Positions 7,854-17,839 of a stretch of DNA of 32,000 bases are shown piece after piece. Origin of the DNA: Psychrobacter cryohalolentis K5 (GTDB taxonomy: Bacteria > Pseudomonadota > Gammaproteobacteria > Pseudomonadales > Moraxellaceae). Positions within the stretch are counted from its first letter, which is position 1; each line of letters begins with the position of its first letter. The position numbers and the translations under genes were made by a program. Location: positions 900,001 through 932,000 of the forward strand of contig NC_007969.1 in NCBI RefSeq assembly GCF_000013905.1, written 5' to 3'. The notes under the pieces were generated by a model. That model saw only the letters and a program-made list of their open reading frames with translations. It was not told the DNA's origin and ran no database searches.

Positions 7854-8429
7854 TTAAATAACGACACCATATTGCTGGCACATCGCTTGTAAGCCACCAG
7901 AGTAACCTTGACCAACGGCGCGGAATTTCCATTCTGCATTGTGGCGATAGACTTCTCCAAATACCATTGCTGTCTCAACAGAGTAGTCTTCTGCTAAATC
8001 AAAACGGACCACTTCAGCACCCGTTTCTTCATTCACAACGCGAATGAAGGCATTAGCAACTTGACCGAAGTTTTGGCTACGAGCCGCTGCATCATGAATA
8101 GTGACTGTAACAACGATTTTATCGACATCGGCAGGTACTTGCGTTAGGTTGACTTTGACCACTTCGTCATCACCGTCGCCTTCGCCTGTACGGTTATCAC
8201 CAGTATGCTCTACTGCACCATTGTCAGACTTGAGTTGGTTATAAAAGATAAAGTCATGGTCGCCGCGTACTTTGCCAGCGGCATTTAATAAGAATACGCT
8301 TGCATCAAGATCGAATTCGGCACCAGAGGTTGCACGCTCATCCCAACCAAGACCAATAAGCAGCTTAGTTAAGTTTGGATCCGTTTTGGTTAGCGATAAA
8401 TTACCGCCTTTATTTAGAGATAATGCCAT
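7854..8429 (-). CDS. terD: TerD-family tellurium-resistance/stress protein, second paralog (191 aa)
   Basis: [15 protein letters not shown]..., [55 protein letters not shown]. By eye it is roughly 60% identical to the 5452-6027 product. Confidence 0.9.
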   Translation of the reverse strand: MALSLNKGGNLSLTKTDPNLTKLLIGLGWDERATSGAEFDLDASVFLLNAAGKVRGDHDFIFYNQLKSDNGAVEHTGDNRTGEGDGDDEVVKVNLTQVPADVDKIVVTVTIHDAAARSQNFGQVANAFIRVVNEETGAEVVRFDLAEDYSVETAMVFGEVYRHNAEWKFRAVGQGYSGGLQAMCQQYGVVI

Positions 8430-8613
8430 GGAATGGTCCTTGTTATTTATTGGAGTAGGGTGGACTGCACGTTTACAACGGTAAAAGTAATAACTATTTT
8501 GAGACCGTCAGTTCAAAATAGTGCTGTGTCGCTTTTGAATTAGATACGCTATACCAGCGATAATGGGATTCAATAAAGATAAAACGATCGCTAGTAGCTC
8601 TCTATCATACCAA

Positions 8614-8647
8614 CAAAAAATGACCCAATCAAAGCTGATTGGGTCAT
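8614..8647 (-). terminator. Intrinsic terminator after rlmL
   Basis: atgacccaatc (8620-8630) / gattgggtcat (8637-8647) form an 11-bp stem with a 6-nt loop. A T-run follows on the minus strand (complement of 8614-8619). Confidence 0.75.
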
Positions 8648-8696
8648 TGTTATGTTTTATAGCAAGTTAGGCGTCAAAGCTAAGATTTAGTGTTTG

Positions 8697-11027
8697 TTAT
8701 AGACTCTGACGATGACGAATCTCAAAGCTTTGATGAATCGGTTTTTTGATATCAAAATCAAAACCAATGGTTTTTTGGGTAATGTCGATGATGTCATAAC
8801 GCTCAGTCAGCTGTTCATCCAACTCAAAACGGGTAAAGTTATTAGAGAAGTATAAGATGCCATCTGCCGTTAAGCGGTTCATCGCGCGGTTGATTAGTGC
8901 AGCATGGTCACGCTGGACATCAAAGGTACCTTGAAACTTTTTAGAGTTTGAAAAGGTTGGCGGATCAATAAAGATAATATCGAATTGTTCCGTATTGTCT
9001 TTGATCCACTCAAAAATATCGGCAGCAACGAATTGATATTTATTACTACTGACATTCAAGCCATTTAAAGCAAAGTTTTGTTTGCCCCAATCCAGATAGT
9101 TCTGTGATAAGTCAACGCTGGTGACTTTTTTAGCGCCCGCCAATGCCGCATGCACACTCGCCGTACAAGTATAAGCGAATAAGTTCAATACCGATTTATT
9201 ACGACTGTTGTCTTTGATACGCGCACGCATATTGCGATGGTCAATAAATAGACCCGTATCGAGATAATCGGTGAAATTGACATAAAGATAAGCACCATCT
9301 TCGCGGGCAATATAAAATTTGCCACGCTTTTCGGTATTGCCTTGTTTGCTATATTGATCATTACCGGATTGACGAGCACGGGTTTTAATAAAGATTTGTT
9401 CGCGGTTAATACCGAATACTTCACGAATACCCATTAATGCCAAATTAAAGCGTTTTTTGGCGGTTTCTGGTGGAATGGTCTTCGGCGGCGCGTACTCTTG
9501 TACATGAGCATAGTCGCCATATAAGTCGATTGCCACTTTGAAATCAGGCAGGTCAGCATTGTAGACACGGATATTACTCACGTTGTCTTTTTTAGCCAAT
9601 TTCTTTAGTCGGGTCAGGTTTTTTTGCAAACGATTGATAAAATCTTGACCGTCTTCAACTTCAATTTCACGTTTCTCAAAACGGCTAACGAGATTCCCTG
9701 TCTGACCAGCAATTAAGGTGCCATAGCGGAAATACACGGTAATGGCACCATTATGACACCGTAACGTTTTTGGTTCTCTAATCGGCAAAATATCGACTTG
9801 CTCAACATGCGACGCCAATATACCAAGCATCGGATCAATACCACTACCGGCAAAGCTGTCTTGTAAGATAAGCCCAATCGATTGATACAACGGCTTAATC
9901 ATTTCTTCATCGCCCAGACGCTCACCATAAGGTGGGTTGGTGATAATCAAAGGATTGCTCAAACGACCGTCAGCAACCAAAGGTTTTAAGAGCGTGCTTA
10001 GCTGATCAAGGGCGCGCGTTTCGATATCGAGTAGCGGTAACAGGTCTTGTAAACCAGCAGCAATCAGATTCTTTTCTGTGGCAATGATAGCGCCATTATC
10101 GGCATCAAATCCAAAGATAAGCGGTAATGTATCTGGCTGCTCATTAGCAATCTCTAATGCTGCACGGAAACGGGTCTGTGCATCATCAATCATTTCTTGC
10201 CATAGTGCCGCGTCATGATGCTGCCACTCGTAAAAACCAAACTGATTGGCGGCTTTATCGATACCGACAGCATAATCGCAGTGCATGAGGAGCGCTTCAA
10301 TAATAAAGGTACCAGAACCACACATAGGATCGATTAAGGCATTATAAAAAGGCGTATCACCTGCTTCGTTTTTCTTATGCCAGCCCGCGCTATAAAGTAG
10401 CGCCGCTGCTAAGTTTTCTTTTAGTGGTGCTTCTGTCATCGCAACGCGATAGCCACGGCGATGCAAGCTAGTACCTGACAAATCTAGATATAACTCAGCT
10501 TGCTTATCATTGACGGTCGCAAAAACAGAAAAGTCTGGGTTTTTACTATCGACGTTAGGGCGGCTCTCATAAACTTCGTTAAAGGTATCCGCAATCGCAT
10601 CTTTAATACGTAGCATGGCAAACTGTTGACTGACAGCCACACGTTTATCAACAGAAAGACGAATCGCAAAGGTTTGCTCTAGGCTAAATTGCTCTGTCCA
10701 ATTGACCGATTTCGCCAAACCATACAGCTGCTCAGCCACATCATATTCGGCATTGATATTTTTGCGTTTAATCAGCATTAATACGCGCGATGCCACGCGC
10801 GACCAAAGACAGATCTTATATAAATCACGCAAGGTACCCGTAACAGCAAGGCGACCGGTACTCTTTATCTCACTTGCAATACCAAAACTGGTCAGCTCAG
10901 TCTGTAGCGGTGCTTCTAACCCATCGGCGCAGGTGATGATAAGGTCAAGCGACAATACCTGTGAAGATGCTTGTGAAGATGGTTGCGAAGACGCTGTGGA
11001 TGAGGCGAGCGCGGTTGTTTCGGTCAT
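8697..11027 (-). CDS. rlmL: Bifunctional 23S rRNA (guanine2069-N7)/(guanine2445-N2) methyltransferase RlmK/RlmL
   Basis: 776 aa. It has an N-terminal THUMP-type region, a first SAM-MTase with DPMCGSGTF and the NPPYGERLG catalytic motif, and a second C-terminal MTase (LNLFAYTC...IFIDPPTFSNSK). This is the characteristic fused architecture. Confidence 0.9.
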   Translation of the reverse strand: MTETTALASSTASSQPSSQASSQVLSLDLIITCADGLEAPLQTELTSFGIASEIKSTGRLAVTGTLRDLYKICLWSRVASRVLMLIKRKNINAEYDVAEQLYGLAKSVNWTEQFSLEQTFAIRLSVDKRVAVSQQFAMLRIKDAIADTFNEVYESRPNVDSKNPDFSVFATVNDKQAELYLDLSGTSLHRRGYRVAMTEAPLKENLAAALLYSAGWHKKNEAGDTPFYNALIDPMCGSGTFIIEALLMHCDYAVGIDKAANQFGFYEWQHHDAALWQEMIDDAQTRFRAALEIANEQPDTLPLIFGFDADNGAIIATEKNLIAAGLQDLLPLLDIETRALDQLSTLLKPLVADGRLSNPLIITNPPYGERLGDEEMIKPLYQSIGLILQDSFAGSGIDPMLGILASHVEQVDILPIREPKTLRCHNGAITVYFRYGTLIAGQTGNLVSRFEKREIEVEDGQDFINRLQKNLTRLKKLAKKDNVSNIRVYNADLPDFKVAIDLYGDYAHVQEYAPPKTIPPETAKKRFNLALMGIREVFGINREQIFIKTRARQSGNDQYSKQGNTEKRGKFYIAREDGAYLYVNFTDYLDTGLFIDHRNMRARIKDNSRNKSVLNLFAYTCTASVHAALAGAKKVTSVDLSQNYLDWGKQNFALNGLNVSSNKYQFVAADIFEWIKDNTEQFDIIFIDPPTFSNSKKFQGTFDVQRDHAALINRAMNRLTADGILYFSNNFTRFELDEQLTERYDIIDITQKTIGFDFDIKKPIHQSFEIRHRQSL

Positions 11028-11212
11028 ACGGATACCTGTGGGCTAAATTGATAAATAGTGCACATCATAAAATAAGATGTTTAACCGCTAATTTTACCAT
11101 AATTCTATAGCGGATGGTTTAAAGCGCTGATGTTTAAGAAAGCGATGATTAAAAGATGTCTATCTGAAAGAACTTTTTATGGCATATAAATGCTAAATAA
11201 GTTGCAAGGATA

Positions 11213-12418
11213 TTAATGCTGGTCTTTGTTCAGCGCTAATGACTCTGAAACAGTTTGCGCGGTCGTTGCCAATGGCTTGGGTTTGGTCACAATCGGATAG
11301 ACGTCTTCTCTTGGCATAAGTAGGCGCATATGAGGATAAGGGGTCGAGATATCAGCGGCATCAAAAGCGCGTTTGATATTCTCTCGTAAATCTTCTTTGA
11401 TTTTGGGCATACGAGCAACTGCCGCTGGTTTGACCCAAAAGCGGACAATAAAATATACGCCATACTCGCCAATCTCTGCCACAGTCGCAGAAGACTCAGG
11501 TCGGTTGAGGACCGCCTCACTATCAGACAGTACCTGTAAAATCTCATCACGTGCTTTATCAATATCATCTTCAAAAGCAATACGCATCTGAATATCAAAG
11601 CGGATAAAGTTTTTGGAGGTCAGGTTGGTAACGACGGAGGAGGCCACATTCGAATTGGGTATGATAACCGTAATATTATCACGAGTTAAGACATGGGTCG
11701 TACGTAAGGCAATCACCACCACGCGCCCTTCATTGTCATTGATATTGACCCAGTCACCAACTTGAAAGGATTGCTCAAGCAAAATAGTAATACCTGCGAT
11801 AAAATTGGCAAGCGTTGACTGCGCGGCAAAGCCGACTGCCAAACCAGCAATACCCAGACCTGCTACTAAAGAGACGATATCAAAGCCAAACTGTGCCATG
11901 ACGCTGGCAAGCCCTAATACCAGCAATAATACGGATAAGATATTTTTAAGCAGCTGCTCAATAGAAGCGTTTAAACCATAGTGTTGTAGGATTTTATGGA
12001 CAATTTGTCCAGATGATGTCCATAGCACGTAATATATCCCTGCCCATGTACTGGCTTTGGCAGTGGCTTTAATGGTATCTGGCTCAAAATTCAGCTGACT
12101 CATAATAGCAATGACACTGGTTACAGCCCATATATAACGCAAGATTGAGCGGGCAATTTTAGCGCGGCGCTCATTCAGACGAATGCGTGCTTTGCTTTTT
12201 TTTAGTATATAAATAGCAAGCCAATACATAAACCCCGATATCGCAAGCAGTATTAGAATTTTGATGCCAGTGCTCACCAGTTCTACTGATTTAGATGACC
12301 AATCTAAGGTGCCTTCCTCGATAGAGCCGCCAATGGCAAGGAAAAGGCTAGTATGTAGATCGCGAGCAATCTCTTGAAAAAATTCAGTAATACTAGCGAT
12401 TGCCATTATCTTATCCAT
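11213..12418 (-). CDS. MscS-family mechanosensitive ion channel protein
   Basis: 401 aa with an N-terminal TM region. The pore-lining helix and beta-domain pattern LANFIAGITILLEQSFQVGDWVNI.D.EG.VV.I.LRTT is typical of small-conductance mechanosensitive channels. Confidence 0.82.
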   Translation of the reverse strand: MDKIMAIASITEFFQEIARDLHTSLFLAIGGSIEEGTLDWSSKSVELVSTGIKILILLAISGFMYWLAIYILKKSKARIRLNERRAKIARSILRYIWAVTSVIAIMSQLNFEPDTIKATAKASTWAGIYYVLWTSSGQIVHKILQHYGLNASIEQLLKNILSVLLLVLGLASVMAQFGFDIVSLVAGLGIAGLAVGFAAQSTLANFIAGITILLEQSFQVGDWVNINDNEGRVVVIALRTTHVLTRDNITVIIPNSNVASSVVTNLTSKNFIRFDIQMRIAFEDDIDKARDEILQVLSDSEAVLNRPESSATVAEIGEYGVYFIVRFWVKPAAVARMPKIKEDLRENIKRAFDAADISTPYPHMRLLMPREDVYPIVTKPKPLATTAQTVSESLALNKDQH

Positions 12419-12618
12419 GAAAGGTGTGGTTCTAAAAAATATTACTCTGTACTAATAGGATTTTAACCGTATCATTATAAATAAAACCGCTTTTACCAAA
12501 TACTGCTTTAACCATATAAAGTAGCTTACGTCCTGACGGCAAATCCAGTTTAGGTCTTCTTAAGTCATCGCCAGTAGTTCTACTCCATTACTTTTAAAAC
12601 AGAGCATTTAACAGTTGA

Positions 12619-14154
12619 TTAAGAATTGTTTTGATGAATATCAAGCGACTGATACGGTATTTCCATCAAATCCTGAACATCATGCAAGGCGGTACGCAAG
12701 CCTTCTAGGATAGTAGGATGGTAAAAAGGTGTATCAAGCATGTCTTTAATACTCAAGTCATTAGTAATCGCCATTGCTAAGATATGCCCGATGTATTCTG
12801 CATCTGGACCAACCATACTTGCACCCAAGATTCTGTCTGTTTTTTTGCAGCCATAAATATGCAATAGACCACAGTTAACACCCATGACGCGGCTACGACC
12901 TTGATTGTCGAAGCTGACTTTCCCAATCACATGCTCCAGTGTTGGATCTTCTTGAATTTCTGGCAAAGACATACCAACATTGACGATTTGCGGTGAACTA
13001 AAGACGATAGAAAACGGCGTCGCAGGTGGACGAATATAAGCGTCTTTTTTGTTATCGCAGACCATACTGCCAGCGCTAAAACCTTCATCGCTTGCTACAT
13101 GCAGCAAGGGAATATTAGCATTGGCATCGCCAACGATATAAACGTCTAAATCACCGATTTTACCAGTTTTTTTATCCAGCTGTTGTGGGCGATTTTTTTC
13201 ATCAAGCTCAACGCCTAGGTTTTCAACACCCAATGCCTCTATATTATTACGTCGACCAGTCGCGACCAGTACATAGTCACCTTGCCATTGTTGCACTTCG
13301 CCAGCACTGTCTTCATAATCAATAAAGGCAACAGTGCTATTTTTATTTATGCTTTTATCGCTATTTTCATCTGATCTTTGACCGACATCAGTAATTTTGC
13401 TGCCCAAGTGCATGGTCAGCTCACGACTTAAGCAATCAATAGCTTTGTTATTGATGTCTTCGTCTTGTAGACCAGCAACGCGTTTGGCGCGATTAAATAC
13501 CGTTACCTTGACACCCAATCGTGTGAAAGCTTGGGCAAGTTCTAAACCTATAGCACCTGCGCCAATCACAGCCATAGATTTTGGTAAGTCGGCTAACTCA
13601 AAGACAGCATCTGAGGTCAGCATAGTATCACCAAGCTTATCTTCCCAGCCATCTGGAATAAAGGTCGAGCTGCCAGTGGCGACAATGATTTTATCTGCTT
13701 TGATCAATTCATCATTGACTTCAATCAAGCCTTGCTTATTAATATAAGCCCGTCCCGCTATCTTACTATCCTCAGGCCAGCTATCGACTTGTTTTTCGAT
13801 GTAGCTGGCAAAATGATCACGCTCAGCGCGCACCCGTTCCATCACCTGTTTGCCATCTATGCGAGCAGTGGCATGTACGCCAAACTCAGCAGAATGATTG
13901 GTATCATGAGCGCGGTCAGCGGCTGCAATGAGTAGCTTGCTTGGCATGCAACCTACCGCAATACAAGTCGTTGTCCAAAAGCCATCATTGATAATAATGA
14001 CATCTTCTAAGAACTTTTTTGCTTGACGAAAAGCATTTTGACCAGCAGTCCCAGCACCAATGACTGCAACAGATACTTTGCGAGTCACGTTTTGATGAAT
14101 GTTATGATCAAAGGGAGCAGAAGAATCAGAGGCGGTATCAGGCTGTTTATTCAT
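12619..14154 (-). CDS. Class-I pyridine nucleotide-disulfide oxidoreductase (dihydrolipoyl dehydrogenase-like flavoprotein)
   Basis: FAD fold VIGAGTAGQNA. Redox-active disulfide TTTCIAVGCMPSK (C-x4-C). NAD(P)H fold AVIGAGAIGLELAQ. C-terminal dimerisation-domain His/Glu dyad FYHPTILEG. The start lies 53 nt after the bcp stop on the same strand. Confidence 0.8.
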   Translation of the reverse strand: MNKQPDTASDSSAPFDHNIHQNVTRKVSVAVIGAGTAGQNAFRQAKKFLEDVIIINDGFWTTTCIAVGCMPSKLLIAAADRAHDTNHSAEFGVHATARIDGKQVMERVRAERDHFASYIEKQVDSWPEDSKIAGRAYINKQGLIEVNDELIKADKIIVATGSSTFIPDGWEDKLGDTMLTSDAVFELADLPKSMAVIGAGAIGLELAQAFTRLGVKVTVFNRAKRVAGLQDEDINNKAIDCLSRELTMHLGSKITDVGQRSDENSDKSINKNSTVAFIDYEDSAGEVQQWQGDYVLVATGRRNNIEALGVENLGVELDEKNRPQQLDKKTGKIGDLDVYIVGDANANIPLLHVASDEGFSAGSMVCDNKKDAYIRPPATPFSIVFSSPQIVNVGMSLPEIQEDPTLEHVIGKVSFDNQGRSRVMGVNCGLLHIYGCKKTDRILGASMVGPDAEYIGHILAMAITNDLSIKDMLDTPFYHPTILEGLRTALHDVQDLMEIPYQSLDIHQNNS

Positions 14155-14207
14155 AGTATTCTCAAATAAAAATAGTTTTAAGGTTTATCGTAAGCTAGAT
14201 TAGAAGA

Positions 14208-14708
14208 CTAAGGTGCAAGTGTAGTTAATAAACGCTCAGTATAATCCTTTGCTTTAAGGTTACGCTGTGCATGAGTGAGCGTACCATTTTTATCAAAGAC
14301 AAACGCCGAACGTACAAGACCTAGAGTAATATTGCCATACATGTTCTTTTCTTTAATCACATCAAAATAGTGGCAGAGTTTTTCATCGGCATCACTAATA
14401 AGTGGAATATGTAGATTATATTTGCTAATAAAGCTTTCGTGTGATTCAACGCTATCACGTGAGACGCCAATAATGTCATAACCTAAATCATCAAATTCGT
14501 TAAGATGGGCGGTAAACTCAGTTGCTTGTGTGGTACAGCCAGGTGTATTGTCTTTTGGGTAAAAATAAAGGATAAGTCCCTTGCTGGTGTTGGCGACCAG
14601 CTCTTTTAGGCTAATATCATCATGAATAAAATGACCATCTAGCTCACGTACGATAGTGACTGGAAAATCAGGTAGAGTAATGGTTTCTGTGGTTGGCTTT
14701 GCCATCAT
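14208..14708 (-). CDS. bcp: Bcp-type peroxiredoxin (thiol peroxidase)
   Basis: YFYPKDNTPGCTTQA peroxidatic-Cys motif and GVS.DS, typical of Bcp/PrxQ. Start moved to MMAKPT... because AAGGA lies 4-7 nt upstream of those ATGs. The longer ORF start (14753) has no SD. Confidence 0.85.
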   Translation of the reverse strand: MMAKPTTETITLPDFPVTIVRELDGHFIHDDISLKELVANTSKGLILYFYPKDNTPGCTTQATEFTAHLNEFDDLGYDIIGVSRDSVESHESFISKYNLHIPLISDADEKLCHYFDVIKEKNMYGNITLGLVRSAFVFDKNGTLTHAQRNLKAKDYTERLLTTLAP

Positions 14709-14814
14709 AAAATCCTTATTTATTTTGATTGCGGTTATATTATTATTGGTCATCCCATTATAGGCAGATTCATAGAAATAAATCCTCGATTTTACACATC
14801 ACTTATGGATGAGC

Positions 14815-14847
14815 AACAAAAAAGACTGGCAATGGCCAGTCTTTTAT
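14815..14847. terminator. Intrinsic (bidirectional-looking) terminator
   Basis: agactggc (14823-14830) / gccagtct (14835-14842) with loop aatg, flanked by an A-run and a T-run. It lies 20 nt past the stop of the 14867-15196 gene. Confidence 0.7.
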
Positions 14848-14866
14848 ATATCTAAAAATTTAAAGA

Positions 14867-15196
14867 TTAAGCAGGTTTTTGTGGCTGCTTTAAGTCCAAA
14901 CCGACGGTACATTGTTGCAAATCTTTTTGCATTTTTTTCACATACGAGAGGCTTGATGGGTCTTTTTTACTTTGCGCATAGCTCTCAATCTCCCACATCT
15001 GACCAATGGTCATATTACTACGGACACCGATCGTGCAATCACAAAGCTTGGTTGCGGTGCTCTTGTCAGCTACTTTATATTTGACTGCGCCGTTGACGCA
15101 AGTATTGATATTATTCTGCTTAATATCAACAGCGTTCGCTTGTGGCATGGCAAATAGTGCAGCAAGAGCTAGGGGTAGTACTGGCAAAAATTTCAT
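14867..15196 (-). CDS. Small secreted or periplasmic hypothetical protein (109 aa, 4 Cys)
   Basis: Clear Sec signal peptide MKFLPVLPLALAALFAMPQANA|V. The mature part is hydrophilic with 4 cysteines. AAAGGA SD lies upstream. I do not recognise the family. Confidence 0.6.
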   Translation of the reverse strand: MKFLPVLPLALAALFAMPQANAVDIKQNNINTCVNGAVKYKVADKSTATKLCDCTIGVRSNMTIGQMWEIESYAQSKKDPSSLSYVKKMQKDLQQCTVGLDLKQPQKPA

Positions 15197-15467
15197 AAAT
15201 ATCCTTTTACATGTGACTGCGATAACTTGAATTTTTTATAAATGAATTAGATTTTGTACAAATGATAAAATATTACTTCTAATAAAACGTTGCTACTTTG
15301 ATGAGCATTTATATCTTGTGGTAGATAAAGTGGCTCATACCATAGCAATGATTGTATTTAAAATACAACGGCAGCGTGCTGTGTTAATGCAAGCGAATGT
15401 TTCGCCAATGTTTAATTGCCTTTATTTTAAGACCGTTTATTCATGTTCTAAGGCGAAACTTCTAAAA

Positions 15468-16247
15468 TCACGACTGATAATGGGTAGGGTCGGCAACGCC
15501 TGCCTGAGCGAACCCTTGACGACGCAGCGCGCAGCTATCACAAACGCCGCAGGCAAGACCATTGGCATCTGCTTGATAACAAGAAATGGTTTGTCCGTAA
15601 TCAACCCCTAGCGATAGACCCAGCTCGATGGTTTTGGCTTTCGATAATTGTTGTAGCGGGGTTTGAATCGATAAATGATGACCGGTAACGCCCGCTTTGG
15701 TAGCAAGATTTGCCATATGTTGGAAAGCGGCAATATACTCAGGACGGCAATCAGGATATCCTGAATAATCGACTGAACTGACACCAATGACGATATGGTT
15801 TGAATCAGTGACTTCAGCGACTGCCAAGGCATAAGATAAGAAAATGGTATTGCGCGCTGGCACATAAGTGTTTGGAATCGCGTCGTTATCAATCTCATCA
15901 CGCTTTTTGTCTGGGAATTTATCCGTATCACCATCAGGCACAATCATACTGTGATCCGTTAGTGATGAGCCACCCAGTTGGGCGATATCGATATCAATAA
16001 TTCTGTGATTAACGCCTGCAGTTTCAGCGATTGCTTTGGCAGCGACCAGCTCACTATTATGACGTTGACCATAATCAAAGCTGACTGCAGTTACTGACGC
16101 ATAACGGGCCTTTGCCCAATATAGACACGTCACTGAATCAAGCCCACCTGATAGCAGTACGACCGCATTTTGGCTTTTATGCAGCTCATTTAATTGGGTA
16201 TCGTTTTCTTGATCAGCAGAAGAGGTTGGCAGAGCAGTATTTGTCAT
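15468..16247 (-). CDS. queC: 7-cyano-7-deazaguanine (preQ0) synthase QueC
   Basis: PP-loop [16 protein letters not shown], and the C-terminal Zn-binding cluster C..........CG.CDSC.LR (SCYQ...[15 protein letters not shown]). Confidence 0.9.
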   Translation of the reverse strand: MTNTALPTSSADQENDTQLNELHKSQNAVVLLSGGLDSVTCLYWAKARYASVTAVSFDYGQRHNSELVAAKAIAETAGVNHRIIDIDIAQLGGSSLTDHSMIVPDGDTDKFPDKKRDEIDNDAIPNTYVPARNTIFLSYALAVAEVTDSNHIVIGVSSVDYSGYPDCRPEYIAAFQHMANLATKAGVTGHHLSIQTPLQQLSKAKTIELGLSLGVDYGQTISCYQADANGLACGVCDSCALRRQGFAQAGVADPTHYQS

Positions 16248-16446
16248 AATGGCATCTATTATTGGTTAGCGAAAAACGCCTATTTTAGCAAAAATTCTAC
16301 CATTACAGAACCTTGAAAGCAGCATTAAAACATCATGCAAGTAATAGGATAAAGTTTAGGAAATCGATAATTAGTAGCTTTAGATAAGCAGTCGCATTTA
16401 AGACGATAATTTAATGTCATCTTTTCAATCTGTTAGCAAATTTTGT

Positions 16447-16452
16447 TATAAT
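16447..16452 (+). promoter_or_regulatory. Possible -10 hexamer for ttcA
   Basis: TATAAT at 16447-16452 with TTCAAT 17 nt upstream. By-eye match only. Confidence 0.25.
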
Positions 16453-16601
16453 CGCTGCTGTTTTAAATCATGTTTGAAGCGTTGCCTTATGAAGCATCAT
16501 TGTTAGCCATACGCAGATAGCTTTTATTGCAGCCTTTTGAATAAATCGATTGATTATCTCTTTTGAAGTAACGCCATTCTTGTCAAGATATTGAGTAACT
16601 T

Positions 16602-17747
16602 ATGACTGCAGCAACCTTATTTACACCATCAATCACGCCTCAGTTTGACAAGGCTTCTATCGATATTGACGTGAATCATCATGATAAAACAACTGATATC
16701 GAACAGATGTTATATGATGATGTCGATGACAGAAATGATGATTTTATGGATGAGCAAGCAGATAACATATTGGCTGATACTCAATCACTGACCGAGTCGG
16801 TTCACTTTCGGAAATTGCAAAAGAAGCTTCGTCGACAAGTATCATGGGCGATTCGCGACTTTAATATGATTGAAGATGGCGATGTGGTGATGGTCTGCGT
16901 ATCAGGCGGTAAAGACAGCTATACGTTGCTCGATATCTTGCTGCTATTAAAACGTATCGCCCCGATTCATTTTGATATCGTTGCCGTCAATCTTGACCAA
17001 AAGCAGCCCGGCTATCCAGAAGAGGTGTTGCCCGCCTATCTAAACGAGCAGGGCATCGCTCATTATATTCTGGAAAAAGACACTTATAGTATTGTCAAAA
17101 GCGTGGTGCCAGAAGGGAAAACCTATTGCTCGGCGTGTTCACGTCTGCGTCGAGGCTCACTCTATGGTTTCGCCAAACAAATCGGTGCGACCAAGATTGC
17201 GCTTGGGCACCATCGCGATGATATGTTGGCGACTTTCTTTTTAAACTTATTTCATGGTGGCGCGTTGAAATCGATGCCGCCCAAATTGCTCAGTGATGAC
17301 AAGCAAAACATGCTCATCCGTCCACTGGCTTATGTGGAAGAAAAAGACATCATTGAATATTCGAACCTAAAAGAATTCCCGATTATTCCGTGTAATCTCT
17401 GTGGCAGCCAGACCAATCTGCAACGGGCCATTATTAATGACATGCTACGAGAATGGGACGATGCTCATCCTCAGCGCCTAGCGTCTATTTTTAAAGCGAT
17501 GCAAAATGTTGCGCCCTCGCAATTGGCAGATAGAGAGCTGTTTGATTTTGAGACATTAAGTCTGGATCGTGACGATAACGAGCGTTTATTTGAAGGCGAT
17601 AATATTCAAGCGGGGCAAATAGAGAGTCTGGCTGAGATTGGTTTGCCAGTATCACCAGAAACGCAGATATTCAATCCAGACTTTGCTAATGCAGAAAAGG
17701 GCAGCCGTGCACCGAAAAAAATTCCAACGATTAATCCAGTGATTTAA
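16602..17747 (+). CDS. ttcA: tRNA-cytidine(32) 2-sulfurtransferase TtcA
   Basis: Close match to my memory of E. coli TtcA: [77 protein letters not shown]. Long acidic N- and C-terminal extensions are present, and the true start could be a downstream Met (M36 or M49). Confidence 0.88.
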   Translation: MTAATLFTPSITPQFDKASIDIDVNHHDKTTDIEQMLYDDVDDRNDDFMDEQADNILADTQSLTESVHFRKLQKKLRRQVSWAIRDFNMIEDGDVVMVCVSGGKDSYTLLDILLLLKRIAPIHFDIVAVNLDQKQPGYPEEVLPAYLNEQGIAHYILEKDTYSIVKSVVPEGKTYCSACSRLRRGSLYGFAKQIGATKIALGHHRDDMLATFFLNLFHGGALKSMPPKLLSDDKQNMLIRPLAYVEEKDIIEYSNLKEFPIIPCNLCGSQTNLQRAIINDMLREWDDAHPQRLASIFKAMQNVAPSQLADRELFDFETLSLDRDDNERLFEGDNIQAGQIESLAEIGLPVSPETQIFNPDFANAEKGSRAPKKIPTINPVI

Positions 17748-17776
17748 TGACTTGATGCTGTCTACGTTCTTCAAAT

Positions 17777-17817
17777 AAAAAAACCAGCTCATGATAGATT
17801 CATGGCTGGTTTTTTTA
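17777..17817. terminator. Bidirectional intrinsic terminator between convergent ttcA and fixH
   Basis: aaaaaaaccagctcatga ... tcatggctggttttttt. The stem has one bulge and is flanked by A- and T-runs. Confidence 0.8.
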
Positions 17818-17839
17818 TTTTAATCATATTTTAAACAGT

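Noticed and set aside
16248-16330. Possible preQ1 riboswitch in the queC leader
   Set aside because: The minus-strand leader lacks the short hairpin plus the A-rich ...AAAAAACUA tail characteristic of preQ1-I, so I see no support.
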